NCBI GenBank assembly: GCA_023213395.1
Contig: CM041465.1
Location: 247,945,741-248,009,740 of the forward strand
DNA length: 64,000 bases
Direction of reading: 5' to 3'
Source of the DNA: Cycas panzhihuaensis
Taxonomy: Eukaryota; Plantae; Cycadophyta
In this document: positions 13,910 to 29,100 of the stretch, piece by piece
Numbering within the stretch: the stretch's first letter is position 1
Layout: the number at the start of each line of letters is the position of its first letter
Notes under the pieces: model-generated
The model's input: only the letters and a program-made list of their open reading frames with translations
Databases searched by the model: none
What the model was told of the DNA's origin: nothing
Translations under genes and position numbers: made by a program

Positions 13910-15181
13910 CTTCAAACTTCTCTAATCAAACCATTTATTGGATGGCTTGGAATTTCTAGAGTTGATCTCTTCATCAAAACCTCCAAAGTCCAATTTTGAG
14001 CTTGTTCTAAAAGTGATAAGATTATTTATGCTTGGCTTTCCATTGAGGTTAAGGAACGCCTTCTTTTTCCATTGCATAATTAGTAGTATGCCATGTCCCC
14101 AATTTGGATGACATGGGCTTTCTTCAATGGTGATCTTCCTAAGAAGGTCAAAAAGCAAAGAGGTTTGTAGAGACTGCTACAAAGTTTATCTAGAAGGGAA
14201 GTTGATATTTTAATTTCTTAAGCCATTAATATCCTTATGGAATCTAGTTTCCTTTAGTTAGCCATTTTTTAATCTAAATTAGGAAGTTCCAAAGTGTTAA
14301 GACTCCCCACTCTTCACCATATTGTTTTTGGCATAATGTTGACTAATGATGCCCCATTCATTATTGTGGAGGTCAACTTTTGCCCCATGATTGATATCTA
14401 AATCTTTGCTTATCATTCTTATGCTTAGCCCTTCTACCCATTTGTTAGGAAAATTATCAATATTAGGGTCTATTATATAAAGTACCTCATTCATATAATT
14501 TTGTGATTATTATTTTACAAACAGTATAATATATTGTTTGTCAATCATTCCTTCCATTGGTTGTGCCCCTAGTATAATAACCTTTTCTAACTCGAGTATC
14601 ATTGCCAAGAATATAGAAATTTGTACTTGGATATAAACTTGGGGTGGTTGATATAGAAATGGAAATACCTTTCATGTGTCCTTTAAAACCCCCTTCCTAT
14701 GGTTCATTATCAATTGTGTGGCTACACCCATTTCCCTAAGGGACCAACTATAACTAATTGATGGTGACTTATGTTAACCTTTTATTTCTTAATTACTAGT
14801 GGGGGATGTTCACCCTTCTATTTCTTTTGTACCTTTATCAATATTCTTGTGGTAATATTTGATTTTATAGTGGTAATGAAGTTTGATACTTCTATTTGTC
14901 TAGGGTATTTCTCCTTGTTGTGGTCTCTTTTCCCATGCCATCTACACAACATTTTTCTATATTCTTTTTTGTGCTTTTTTTTTTTTGAATGTTCCCATTC
15001 TTCATGTGTTCAACATTGGACTATTAGTTTTCCTTTGTCATTAAGTGTCAATTTTTTTGGTTTGATTTTTCTCTAGCATCATGTATATTGAGCTTTCTAT
15101 TAGTATTAGAGTAATAGACTTTGTTGTTCCCTTGATAGTTTTGGTTGGAAACAAAGTATACATTTTACTTTTATTATTTTT
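13910..15181 (-). pseudogene. Very old Ty3/gypsy gag-protease remnant (probably continues at 15624-15809 and 27133-27700)
   Basis: Minus-strand DINHGAKVDL resembles the DTG protease motif, ILLIMQW resembles ILLG.PW, and QCxTxxEWxH at ~14990-15020 resembles a knuckle. All motifs are weak. Confidence 0.45.
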
Positions 15182-15618
15182 TTAAGAGAAAATATAATTG
15201 CAAAAGCAATGTAATAATAGAACTTTAAACCATGCAAAGAATAAATAGCATAAACAAGCCAAGCACTCAATAAGGAACACTAGGAGATTCAAGTCTAAAC
15301 ATAGACCTTTTATTAATCTGAGCAACAGTTAAAGAATTATAGAGATGAATAAATCCTAACTCTTTTCATCGACTCATCAAAGACTTATCCACAACCCATG
15401 TTATATGTGTTGTTACCTAAGAATATATATACACAACATTATAAGATATTACCTTGTAGTTTTATAATATAATGGGCATAAACTACAGGTCAACAAAGAC
15501 ATCCAAAATTTTTTCTTGGGGGCTCCTGCCTTCAAACCCCCGCTTGGGGGGCCGCCTGGGGCTTGGGTGTAATGTTTATACCTATGTAACACTTATAAAA
15601 TGTTCAACATATCTAACA
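15182..15618 (-). mobile_element. Solo LTR, family S copy 1
   Basis: Homologous end to end with 41454-41812. Ends TCTAACA. TSD TTTTT/CTTTT (4/5). Orientation inferred from a minus-strand AATAAA. Confidence 0.8.
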
Positions 15619-16054
15619 CTTTTGACTTTTTATGTTGAACCTACACTCAATGATGCCATGATGTTTGACATTATAAATAACATAGTGTTTTCCTTGCATT
15701 CACTCTTATACTGTCATTCTCTTTTGCATTTGACACAATATTTTTCATTATTTTCTCATTTTGTCCTTAGAAGGTTCCTTTGTCACACATGCCATATCTT
15801 ACTATAATGTCAAGTGTTAAATTCTAACACCACAGTGATGAGAGAAAAGATTCTATTGTTGTTTTATTATGAGAGGAATCTCTCTTTTTATACATTAAGT
15901 TGTATAACAATTATGTGGTTTAATACAACCAATCATTTACATTAAGTATAATGAAGGTCTAATAACATTACCCCCTTTATCTTAATGAGCCTATCCTAAG
16001 ACTCCTAAGATAAAACATTATTCTCTAACATTCTCTCTTAATATTTTATCTCTT

Positions 16055-19000
16055 TGGTAGAATACCACTCTTTAATGATAATTGCACACCAACATAATAA
16101 ATAAATAACTCCAAAAAAAATACTTGTATTGCAATACCCTTCGAGGAGGCAACCTCCCAATTACATGCAATAACAATGACATTTAAGATACCATACTCTA
16201 AGGATTACATAAATATATATATAGCTCTATGCTCATTACACAACCTCCTTCTTATGCATGTAGGATATTACATGAATATATATAGTACTCAATGACCACT
16301 ACACAACCTTCTACTTATGCATATAGAATATTAAGAAAAGGTAAGAAGTAGAAGAAATTTAAGATATAAAAGAGAGAAGAAGTAGAAGATATAAGAGAAT
16401 ATAAGAGAAGGTAAGTCAGGGGTTAGATCCATAACAAAGTCCCCCCCTTAAGAAAACTTTGGCTTCAAAGCTTAGTGATCTCAAGGTGCTCTAGGACAAA
16501 TTGCTCATTCTCCCATGTTACATCTTCTCACAGAAGTTATTTCCATTTGATGAGATGCTCAATGATTTGTGTGGATCATAGATGTTAAATTCTTTGGTCG
16601 ATGATACATTCTAGAATGGATTAAAGTTGCCCCTCCTCATTTAAGATAGGTAATTTTATTTGAACTTGTACTTGTTACCCAATTTCTCTTAAGACATGAA
16701 ATATGAAAGACATTATGGATCCTTGATAATGGTGGTAAGTCCAAGGCATATGCAACTTCACCAATCTTCTTGAGAATTTTATAAGACCCATAAAATTGAG
16801 TTTATAATTTATGTTGCCCATCCCATTTGAGAGATGACTGCTTATACGGTTACAATCGTAAGTATACCCAGTCACCTAGTTGAAATGCTCATTGACTTCG
16901 CTCTTTATCTGTCTGTTGTTTCATCTGATTTTGTGCAAGGTTAAAATTTTCCTTGAGTAGCTTAAGAATCTTTGTTGTTTATTCGATGTGGTCCTCGACT
17001 GCTTAAACTTTATAACTGATTATGGCATAATTCTTAAGTGTGGGTGGTTCATAGCCATATAATGCTTAGAACAGACTCATTCCTACTGATGTATGATAGG
17101 TTGTATTATACCACCATTCTGCTAAAGGAAGTCAATGATGCCACTGGCCCAGCTTATCTAAAGCATAACAACAAAGGTATCCTTTAAGGTACTTATTAAC
17201 CACCTCAGTTTGACCATCTGTTTGTAGATGGTAGGATGAGATTATTGTCAGTTTAGTACCAAGTAGATGGAAGAGTTCTATCTAGAAGTTGTTGGTAAAC
17301 TTTGAGTCCCGATCACTGACTATGCATTTGAGCATGCCATGCAACCTATGTATATCCTTTAAAAAGATCTCAGTAATTTACTTTGCCTTGTATATGGCTT
17401 GAATGCCACAAAAATGGGCATATTTGGTTAGTCTATCAACAACCACTAGTATAGCATCTTTTCCTTCTGACTAGGGCAAACCCACAATGAAGTCTATAGA
17501 AATTTCTTTCCATTATTAATTTGGTATGAGAAAAGGTTGCAACAATCCTAAAGACTTGACTGTTTATGTTTTTTATGTCATTGATAAATTTCACATGAGG
17601 AAACATATCTCTTTACATCTCCTTTTTGTCCTTTCTAAAAGAAAGTTTGTTTTAAGCGGTGGTATGTTCATAGGAACCCTGAATGACCTACTATTGGAGA
17701 GGCATGTGCATCATATAAAATTTGCTCCTTGAGGCTAGAGTGAGGGCATATATATATTCGATTCTTGTACCAGAGAATATTTACAGACTATATATAATGG
17801 GTTGAATACCCTACTCCAATTTGAAGGTCTTAAATGATCTATTTTGTAAAGGGGTCATGATTCCATTCTTGCTTGGTGACCACTATCCAAGAGAGATTGA
17901 CTGTGGTAATAGAATATAGTGTAGAGCCTTCTTCCTTACGAGATAAAGCATCAAGAGCTATATTATCCTTGCCTTTTTTATATATTATTTCAAAGTTAAA
18001 AGCTTACATTTTGGTGACCCATTTTTGTTATTCCTCAGATGTCGTCCTTTGAGATAGGAAATATTTCAAGCTATCATGGTCTGTTTTAATTTTGAAATAT
18101 ATTCCTAATAAATATTGTCGTCATTTCCTATCCGTATGGAGAATTGCTAACATCTCCTTCTCATAGGTAGATTTGACTTGTTTCTTAGGTGTAAGTTGAT
18201 GACTTTCAAAGGCCAAAGGTTTCCCTTCTTGTATTAAGACTGCTCCAATGCCTTGTCCCGATGCATCATATTTAATGATGAAGGTTTTTGTAAAGTCTAG
18301 TGTTGCAAGGAATGGTGTGGTAGTTAAATCCACCTTTAGGTGTTCAAATGATTTAGAGGTCTTATCATTCCAATGAAAGGAATCCCTTTTTAACAAGTTG
18401 ATTAAAGGGGAAGTAATCCTTGCGTAGCCCTGAACAAACTTTTGATAATACCGTATAATTCTTAAGAATCCATGAAGGGCCTTGATGTTTTGGGATTTAG
18501 GCCAGTTCATGATAACTGCAATTTTCTTAGGATTCACCTTGACTCCTTCTTGAGAGATAATATGGCCCAAATATTCTATTTGTATTTGCCCAAATTGACA
18601 TTTTAATTTTTTTTTATAAAGTTGGTTGTCTGCAAGCACCTATAATGCCTTATCAACATGCTGAAGATGGTCTTCCCATATACAACTAAAGATCACAATG
18701 TCATAAAAAAAGACTAACATGAACTTCCTTAAGTAAGGTCAAAAGAGTTTGTTTATGAGTTCTTGAAAGATAGATAGGGTATTAATCAAGCCAAATGGCA
18801 TAACTAAAAATTCATAATGTCCTTCATGTATATGAAATATAGTTTTATGAACATCCTCTGCCTTGATCATAATTTGATGGTATCCTAACCGCAAGTCCAA
18901 TGATATGAAGAACATTGCTCCATGGAGTTCATCCAAGAGTTCATCAATGATTGGTATAGGAAATTTATTCTTGATGGTTTTCTTATTGAACTCGCAGTAG

Positions 19001-22000
19001 TCTACACACATGTGAAATAAGCCATCTTTTTTTCTTACTAAAATCTCTTGAGCATAAAAAGTGCTTGTACTTTACCTAATAGCACCAGCATTAATAAGTT
19101 CTTGAACTAATCATTCAATTTCATTCTTTTGTTGGTGGGGACACTAGTATGGTCAAATGCAAGGAGGATTGCTTTCAGCTACCAAATCAATGTTATGATC
19201 TTGATCACATACTGGAGGAAGATCTTGAGAAATATCCTGAAAGACCTAGTTGTGGCGGTGAAGTACCAATTTTAAGTCATTTGGTATATTATCATCTTAG
19301 AGAATGTCCCCTTATGTTGGAAGTTCCTGGCCTTCTAGAGCATAACATTTGGCAATGATTCTTGTGCCACCCTTTTTAATAAGCCTCTCCATACAGTGTG
19401 AGTTGATGATTTGGGTTGGAGGAGGAATGATCCCATTCAATTGATAGTCAATTCCTTCATAAGTAAATTAGATGAAGAGCTCTTACATATTTAGTTGAAT
19501 GGTCCCTAGTCATTTGAGCCATTGTACCCCTAATACAACATTAACTCCTCCAACAAAAATGGCATACATAGAAGTGGAGAGGTGATAGTCACCCATTTGC
19601 AACTTGATGTTGTAATATTTTCCCCATAAGCGAGTGTTCCTCCATTAGCCACCATAACCTAGAACTTTTTGACAGGATATAGAAAACAATTGAGTTCCTT
19701 AGCAAGTTTCTGATTGATGAAATTATGGGTGCTCCCAGAATCTATGAGGACAACCACCTTCCTTTTATTAATATACCCAATAAGTTTGAGTGTCTGAGGG
19801 GCTACAATTCCAGTTAGGGCATGCACATATATAGTAGCAGTATCTTCTTCTTCATCCTCAGGTGGGTCACAATCATTATTTGCTGGCTTTAATGAGGCTT
19901 CCTCTACTGGTTCATCATCTTAGAAATCCTCAATTATAAATAAGCGTTGTCCAGGACACTTATGGTATTTATGATACTTTTGGTTACAACAAAAACATAA
20001 CCCTTTCAATCGTTTCTCATCCATCTCTTGGGAAGTCATTCATCGCACACCAGGAACTTGAAATTATGGTCATTTTTCTGGGAATGTTTGTTGGAGGGGT
20101 TGGGATGCCTTATTTTTTGCTTCAATATATCAAGCAAAATTGATAGTTGTAGAGATGTTATCATGTTTTAAGAGTCGCAAATCATGTCTAATGTCATCTC
20201 GTAACCCACCAATATATAACTCAAGTAATTTATTCTAATAAAGACCATCAACCCTTGTGGAGAGACGTTGATATTCTACTGTATAAGATGAAATAGTCCC
20301 CTCTTGTTTGACTTTAGCTAACTGGTTAAAATGGTCATGATCTTAAGTACTATCATATTGAGCTATAAGATTCTTGACAAAACCCTCTCATTGATAACTA
20401 AGCCCACTATTTTTTTTCATAACTCATTGGTACCATTGGTAGGGTTTAGTTTCTATGTGTAGAGAAGTAAGAGGGATCTTCTTATCTGCTGGAACTTGAT
20501 AAAGAGAAAAGTATTATTCCATTTGGGTGATCCAAGTACATACATCTGTACGATTGAACTTCTTGATTTCTACCTTGGGAAGAAAGTTTAGATGGAAGCA
20601 CCTACTATCATTACCTTCATCTTCTTTAGCGAAGTGACCCCCACCTATGTGAGTAGTTTCATCAAAGTCAATGTTTTCTTCCTTAAAATATTTCATGGAT
20701 GTGAACTCTAGTATTACTGCTTTAAAATTTTCATTGAAGTTATTTTGGATTTGTAATATATCTCCTCGAAGTTTTATGACAACATCGTTGAGATCTTGAG
20801 TCTAACTTGGGTTCATCTTAGGGGCCATTTATTCACAAGACCTAAGTTGACTCCTAGTTGGTAAATGTGAATGAAAAGGATTTGACAGGGTGTCTAGATT
20901 GTTATTCCCAATATTTTACAATAAGGCAATAGGGATCTTTCTTTCTTTTTTTACTTTTTTTTTTTTCCTTATTTATTTATTTATTTATTTTTATTTTTTA
21001 GTTTTTATTTTTATTTTTTTTAATTTTTCGTCATTGGTTGGCTAATTAACTATGTGCACATGAGCTAATGACAAACTAGCTAGACACACTAAATTTAACA
21101 AATTGATGATGGCTGACTTACTGACTGATTAGGTGTGTACAAACCACTAATAGATTGACCAAGTACACTAGGTATGGGCTTGTCTGGTTTGTAGGCCCTC
21201 TGATATACTAATCTTAGTCATAAATAGTATCAACCTATAGAGGTAAACGCTCTACTCTGTAGTTGTACTACCTCATCTCTAGGGTACATGGAGAGTAACT
21301 TCCTGGGGCTAACTGCTTAACAGTGCACTACAAATTATAGATGATTAATAGGTTTCCTATGGTTACCTATACTAGGAAGGCCTATCTAGGGGGTCTTCCT
21401 ATATACTTGCAGGTACGTGGAGGCATAATTCTGTAACCAAGTTCTGTCTAAGGCTTGATTCAAGAATGCGATCTCCAATCCTTCACGCAAGGGACAAAAA
21501 AGCTACAATGCGCTTAGCCCAAAACGACTGATCCCAGCACAGGGTCTCTATCTAAATGCAAAAGAAAACTATCTAGTGGTAGTGTTAGGATAGTTGCCCG
21601 ATTACAGTGTTATCTACCCCCAAAAAGTAAAGTAACTAAGTGGAAATTAAATGAAAATAGGTACTAATAAGAAAAAACTAATAAACAAAAATTATTTAGT
21701 ACCTTTGACTCTCCCATAAGGTATGGATCGATCACTCTAATACCACTTGGTAGGATACCACTCCTTAATGATAATTGCACACCAACATAATAAGCAAATA
21801 ACTCTAAAAAAAGCACTTGTATTGTAATACCTTTCAAAGGGAAACCTCCTAATTACATGCAATAACAATGACATTTAAGATACCATACTCTAAGGATTAC
21901 ATGAATATATATATAGCTCTATGCTCACTACACAACCTCATTCTTATGCATGTGGGATATTACATAAATATATATATTGCTCAATGACCACTACACAACC

Positions 22001-22118
22001 TTCTACTTATGCATGTGGGATATTAAAAAAAGGGAAGAAGTAAAAGATATAAGAGAGACAAGAATAGAAGATATAAGAGAATATAAGAGAAGGTAAGTCA
22101 GGAGTTGGATCCCTAACA
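16055..22118 (-). mobile_element. Ty3/gypsy chromovirus E (Reina-like), nested in D
   Basis: LTRs at 16055-16436 and 21748-22118, TSD CTCTT/CTTTT. PBS reverse complement at 21735-21745; PPT reverse complement CCCCCCCTT at ~16441. Lineage inferred from ~6 kb size, short LTRs and chromodomain. Confidence 0.95.
16445..20828 (-). pseudogene. Gypsy gag-pol of E (gag, PR, RT, RNase H, IN, chromodomain)
   Basis: LIDSGSTHN at ~19720-19750, RT ORF 18739-19011 (KFPIPIIDELLDELHGA), ORF 18121-18639 (YDASGQGIGAVL, RNase H), EHLIKWK...EDVTWEN chromodomain at ~16500-16560. Confidence 0.95.
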
Positions 22119-22123
22119 CTTTT

Positions 22124-25100
22124 TTAGTCCCATCTTTTCTCTAAGCAATTGAAACCTATCTTTTCCAAGGGATTTTGTTAGAATATCTACAACTTGGTTT
22201 GTTGCGGGACAGTATGCTAAATCAACCTCTTTATTATGCACTTTCTATCGAATGAAGTGATGGTGCACTTTTATATGTTTTGTTCATGCATGCAGAATGA
22301 GATTTTTAGCTAACTTTATTGCATTTTGATTATCACATAATAAGGTGGTTGGTCCTTTTTCTAGTTGGTTCAAGTCCATGAGTAATTATCTAAGCCTGAG
22401 TGCTTCACATGTTATATTAAATGTTGATTTATACTCTACTTCTATTAATGAAAGTGCAACGATTGGCTGCATTTTGTTGCACTAGGAAATGACAACTGAG
22501 CCTAAGAAGAAATATTATCCGCTAGTAGATCTTATGTCTGCTTTGCCACTTGCCCAAATAGAATCACAGTATCTGAGCAATTGTGTTGATTTCTTTTTGG
22601 CAAATACCAATTTTAGATCTATAGTTTCTTTTAGGTATCAAAGTATCCTTTTGGCTGCTTTTCAATGTCTTATTCTTGGTTCCTACATATATCTGGATAC
22701 CAATCCTACTGAGTGTGAAATATCAAGTCTTGTGATAGTTAAGTAGATTAAGCTTCTAATTAACTACCTATAGAGAGTGTTGTTGATAGTAGATTCACCT
22801 TCTTCTAGGACTAGATTGCAATTTACCTCCACTGGTATTGTGTAGCCATTGTAATTCTCCATTTGAAATTTGATAAGCAAGTCTTTGATATATTTGCTTT
22901 GTGATAATATGATTGAGTTTTCATTTTATTCAACTTTTATTTCTAGATAATAACTCAGGGAACCCAAATCTATCATTTCGAAGTCCTTTTTCAACTGACT
23001 TTTTATATCTGAGATGGATGTGATGTGGTCTCATATGAGTATCATGTCGTCAACATAGACAATAATGATTGATATATTTCCTTCATTTCTTTTACATAAA
23101 GACTGGAATTAGAACTATACATGTGAAAGCTATTTTGAGACAAATGTTTGTCTAGCTTTGTATACCAGGCTCTAGGAGCCTATTTCAATCCATACAGAGC
23201 CTTCTTGAGTTTACATACCAGATGTTCTTACCTCTGTTTGACATAGCCTTCTAGTTGTTACATATAAACTTCTTCCTCTAAGTCTCCATTTAAGAAAGCA
23301 CTTTTGACATCCAACTGGTAAATCTTCTAGTTGTTCTATGCTATTAGTGCAATCATTGTTCACACAGTATTTAGTTTGGCCACAGGAGAAAAAGTTTCAT
23401 CAAAATCAATTATGGTTATCTGAGTTTATCTTTTTGCGACAATTCTTGCTTTGAAATTTTCAATTTGTCCATCTTCTCATTCTTTTACCTTGTACACCCA
23501 TTTGTAATTGATGACTAGTTTATTTGGAGGTAGTTCCACTAGATTCCAAGTTTGATTTTTAATAATAGCATCCATTTTTACATTCATTACTGTCCTCCAT
23601 TTGGCACATTCCTTTGCTTCTTCAAATGAGTACGCCTCTATTCTGCTAAGGAGAGCTCGATGTTGTTGACTCTAAGTTTTGTATATGTGTATATCCCATT
23701 TTCCTTCTTCTATTATTTTGATATACCATTTTAGTACCTTCATCTCCCTTTTTGGTGCTTCAACATTTGTTTCCTTTGATGATTGTTCTTCTTCAATGAG
23801 GTGAGAGGAATCTGACTCTTCCAAGTTAGTTTCTGTAGTTATTCCAAATTCTTCATCAAGAGGTTCCTTTTGGGGCTTAATTTTTGGTATTTATTTAATT
23901 GTTTGAACTGAAGACTTGATCTCAGTTGGAATTTTTTCATTAAAGACTACATCCATACTTATATAGATTTTGTTTGTCTTGGGATCTATGCACTTATACC
24001 CTTTTGAATTTTTGTTGTAACCAATCATGATGTACTCTATTCTCTTTGAATCAAGTTTTGTCCTCTTTTTGTCTAGTACATGAATAAAGGCTTGACTACC
24101 AAAAATCTTCAAGTTACTTACATTAGGTTTTCTTTCGGTCCATTCTTCTTCTAGAGTGGTTTGATGCAGTGCTTTGGTTGGATATTGATTTATCAGCTAG
24201 CATGTTGTACTTACTGCTTCAGCCCAATAAGTTTTTGAAATCTATTTGTCGTGAATCATGTTATGTGTCATTTCTATAATGGTCATGTTTTTCTATTCTA
24301 CAACCCCATTTGATTGAGATGTGTAGGGAGTTATTAGTTGCCTTCGTACACCTTTGGTTCTGCAGTAGTCCATGAACTCTTTTAAAATATATTCAGCACT
24401 ATTGTCAGATTTGATATATTTAATTTTACATCCTGACTCTAGTTCTACTTTAGCCTTAAATTCTTTAAATATATCAAATACATCTGACTTCTTGTGAATA
24501 AATATACCCAGACTTTTCTCATAAAATTATCAAAGAATGTCAAAAAATATCTGGAACCATTTATGGAAAGTGGTGTGAAAGGACCACATAAGTCTATGTG
24601 TACTAATTCTAATTTTTCTTGAGAATGCCATTCGCTTGTTTTGAATGGAAAATGATGTTGTTTTCTAAACTGACAGCCTTTACAAACAAAATATTCTAAT
24701 GAAATGAAAGGGATCCCATTAACTATATTGGTTTTTTTCATTATTTCTAATTTATCTAATGGAAGGTGCCTATACTTCAAATGCCATAATTTATTATCAT
24801 TTGAATTTATAATAGAAAGTTCTTTTACATCATTTAGACCAATAGGAATAGACAACCGCTTATAGAGGTCATTATATTTTACCCCTTTGGCAATGGCGGC
24901 ACTATCATTCTTCATATCTAGTACATAACACATGCCTTTTTCATCAAATATAGTTCTTAGATTTTTGTTGCTCAATTGTTTGACAAAGAGAATATTCATC
25001 TTCAATTCAGGTATAAGAAGTACGTTACCAAATTTCCTTATACAACCTTGCTGATTCACAGCAATGGTGCTTACTCCTTTGATATTTAGAGTGTGTTTAT

Positions 25101-26193
25101 CTCCCAATTTGACTGATTTCTCTGAAGAGTAAGGTTTAATGGATTCAAACTAGTCTTCCCTATCTGTCATTTGTCGTGATGCTCCAGAGTCAATATACCA
25201 CACATCCTTCTCATGAAGAATAGATGAAAGAGTGGCAACAAAGGTCATTTCTTCTTCTTCCTCATCTAATTGCTTTTTGTTATAATTTCTTACAAGTCTC
25301 TTCCCTCTCTAGATCTCAATTCTTCATTGAGGACATTGATATGGGTAGTGTACGGACTACCCATAATGATAAGAAACATCAAATGCATGGCACTAGCTTG
25401 AAAAGTGTTTGGTCTTGCTGCAGTTGAAGCAAACTTGAACATCCTTTAGTGGATACATCCAACTACATCCTCTATTTTCTAACCACCTTCCACATGACAC
25501 ATGCCTAGAATCTGGTGTTTGTCCCCTGCCTCTAAATCAATCTCGTCCCCTTGAGCCTCATATGTTCAGCTTCATCACAAAAGCATCTTCTAATCCTATA
25601 ATGTCTTCATATCTTCTGTTTCTTTGTTCTTGTCTCAACAACATTCCTATCAGTTCATCAAGAGTCATTTCTTCTATTATGCCAATGTTGGTTAAGGTGT
25701 TAATGGTTATATCAAAGGCTTTTAGGAGTTTCCTTGCTACCATTTCTACTACTTCTTTTTTAGAAATGTCAACACCAGTGCTCAAAAGGTCTTTCCAAAT
25801 TATAGTAACTTTATGAATAAAATCAGTTACTGTTTCTATTTCCTTCATTGATAATTTGAATAGTTCCTCTTTCATGGTTATGATCCTCTCTCTATTCCTT
25901 TGAGCATACAAATTTTCAAACGTTTTCCAAATTTGAGAGCAGGAGTTAGATTTGTCAGTATATATCAAAAGATTATCTGAAACTAACATCTTTAAAGTTA
26001 TTGTTCCAAGATTATTTCTTTCCTTCTAATTTTTCTAAGCATCACCTTCAGTTTTAGGTATTTTTTCTTTACTAATGGCTATTTCCTAGGTTTTTTTTAC
26101 ACACAGGAATACTTCTATTTTAATCCTCTAGATGTGGTGATTATTTATAGTCAATCTATCTAACTCATTGAGTCCTAAAATAGAGGAGGCCAT
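22124..26193 (-). pseudogene. Copia gag-pol of D
   Basis: ORF 25558-25989 (UBN2 gag), WYIDSGAS protease at ~25180-25200, ORFs 24445-25107 and 23891-24112 (integrase), RT/RNase H at 22124-23600. Confidence 0.95.
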
Positions 26194-29100
26194 GATTAAA
26201 CAATAGACAATGAGATTCTATTTCAGAAGGTAGATAGAAGGAGACTGGTTTGTACAGTTGTATGGAGAGCTGTACAGAATTATCTATAGAATTGAAATTG
26301 TATGGATAAAATAAAAAGGATCTCAACTCAAAGAACTCACAAATGGGTGTCCAGATCTACAAGTATTTTTCTAAAATCTATTCCAGACTAAGAGAAACAA
26401 CATAATGAAACCCCAAATTTGCATAGCTAGGTTTTTGATAAAAATTGTTGAAACCTTACAAAAATTCAAATAAAACTCTATAAATTTGTATTTAATATCT
26501 TTATATTAAATAGAGAGGGGGATTAGAATGATTAATACCTAGATTCTAAGTAGATTTTCTCAAAAACATTGAAAGATTAGCCTTCAAACCCACATGCCTG
26601 AAAAAGTGGCCAAAAGACCTTCGAAATGAACTTAGATCGTGTTGATGTAGAAGGAAAAAATAATGAGGAGACTGAGATATGTAATTTGGGTAAGTTTGGT
26701 GTGATTCTGACAACTTTAATTTCTGAGGTCCATACGACTGTATGGTTTGGTACCCTAGTTCGTACACTGACAGAAAAAACCACCTTTGGTTGATGCTCAT
26801 ACTTAATGAATATCTTAACTTTCTTCAACTCATTTTGATTGATACTCCTCTTGATTTCCTATAATTAAATTCTTCACAGGTAGAAAGGCTCAATAACCTG
26901 CTCTGATACTATGTTAAATTCTAACACCACAATGATGAGAGGAAAGATTATATTGTTGTTTCATTATGAGAGGAATCTCTCTTTTTATATATTAGCTTAT
27001 GTAACCATTATATGGTTTAATGCAACCAATCACTTACATTAAGTATAATGAGGGTCTAATAACATTACCCCGTTTCTCTTAATGAACCTATCCTAAGACT
27101 CCTACGATAAAATATTATTCTCTAATATCAAGATGGATGGAGGATCTTCATTATTGTCATCCTCATGGGAGTTGCTCCTCATGGTCAATGTCTTTGTTAA
27201 CAAACTTAATTGAGGCTAACTCTATTTTTTTTAATAATTTCTATGCATTCCTTAATTTCCAACTCCAAGTCGAGAACCTTAGCATATGTTTGGAATGGAA
27301 GTGCTTTCCACTATATTCCTTTGCTTTAGAAGAACTTATTTTATGAATCGTTATTTTCTAACATTGTATAGGATGCTTGGCTGCAATTTCTTCATAAATG
27401 CCTTAAGTTTCACATTACAAACATGGACAAATTATTTAAGTCCTTACTTCATAGCATAGATATAATCGAAGTGGTTTCCAATAAGTTGTTCCCATATATT
27501 TATCATTCTGATGCTCGATGGTTCATAATTCCACTAGATACCTTAGTGTAATAGCTTTTTCAAAAACCCTTATAGTGGCAATTTGCTTGAAAATTCATGT
27601 AGTGGTGGTTTATATAGGAATTGTTATATTTTATATTGATGGACTACACGATAACCTTATTAACACAAATACTTAGAAGGGATAACTTCAACTTTTATTG
27701 AGACCTTATCTTCATAATTTAATAGTTGTTATAGACTTTTAATTGTGTCTTTAGCATTGATTTGATTAACTATGTGAGTCAATCGTATGTCTACGTATTA
27801 AGTGGTTATCGACATCCAATGTTGAGTATATATTTCCCTCATTTTCTATGTATAGTTTAGGGCCTAAAGATAGTGTTATCTGTACATATAACCTACAATA
27901 CTATAATTAAAAGAGATTAATGTATCAAGGTCATTTGTGTAGATTAATTATGTGACCCTATGATATATTGTTAACATTAGTCTATTAATGAAATGCACTT
28001 TATATGCATTTAGATGTAATTTTGGGTTTATGTCATTAGGCGAGAAAATCCTAACCATAATGATCACCCTTAATAATAAAAGGCGAAATCTCAAGGAGGG
28101 AGTTATTATTCATTCTCACCTCCAAGCTTGCTCTCATTTCTTGTTTCATCTCTTTGTCATTCTCCTTTGCCATTGTGTACATGTAAGTGATTTATTCCCT
28201 AGATCCATAATTTCTTCATGTGGTATCAGAGTTAGAAGAAGATCTATTCACTCCATTCTACTTGCATAGAATCATTTTACGTCCCATTCACCTTCAATGT
28301 AAAGTATTGAGAGTGCACTCATCATTTTTAATATTTTGAGAGATTAAAATTAGAGTATTTTATATGTTATTATTTTCTCTATGTGTGTAGAATTTCAAAG
28401 GTGAAGAATACAGGTTTTTTAAGTCATTTAGTTGTTGGAACAGTCTCGGAACCATCAAAGACCTAAAATTTTATGAAAATTTGACCATATCAGATTTTGA
28501 TGAAATTTGGCATGCAAGGTCACCTTGATTAGATGATCATTTTTGTCTTCCAGAAAAATTTTAAATTCAACTTATAATAGCGAGTTTTGGCTAAGACAAA
28601 AGGATGCTGAATTTGCCTACTCGACCCCACAAAGGATATTGTGAGGGCATTTCGGGTAATTTTTTGGTTGATTTTGGAGATGATGTAGAAGGGAAAGTTG
28701 ATGTATGTATCAAAACATAACTTTTGACATATTGAAGTTCAGATTCTGAGATAGTGGATCTGGCAAGATTTTACTTTTGTGCTTTTTTTGGGCAAATTTT
28801 TTTATGCATTTTCAGAAATCTAACTTCACTACTCTATCAGAAACAACATTATGAACACTTTTTCCTATTGACATAAATTTAATTTTCATCATTTAGGCTT
28901 TCATATTTGTAATTTTTAGAAAAATTTATCCATTTATCATTATTTATAAATTTTGTGAAAAAATCACAAAATAGGGTAAAATAGCATGCATATAGATTTA
29001 GAAAAAATAGTATTTTAGTGTCAAGTTAATCCATTTTTTAGCCCATTATGGATTTTATATTGAAATTTTTAAAAACATATTTAGAAACATTGTACTAAAA

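Larger units (their letters stand above)
15815..27127 (-). mobile_element. Full-length degenerate Ty1/copia element D
   Basis: 216-bp LTRs at 15815-16030 and 26912-27127, roughly 9% diverged by eye. Perfect TSD TCAAG. PBS reverse complement GCTCTGATAC at ~26900; PPT reverse complement at 16031. Confidence 0.96.
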
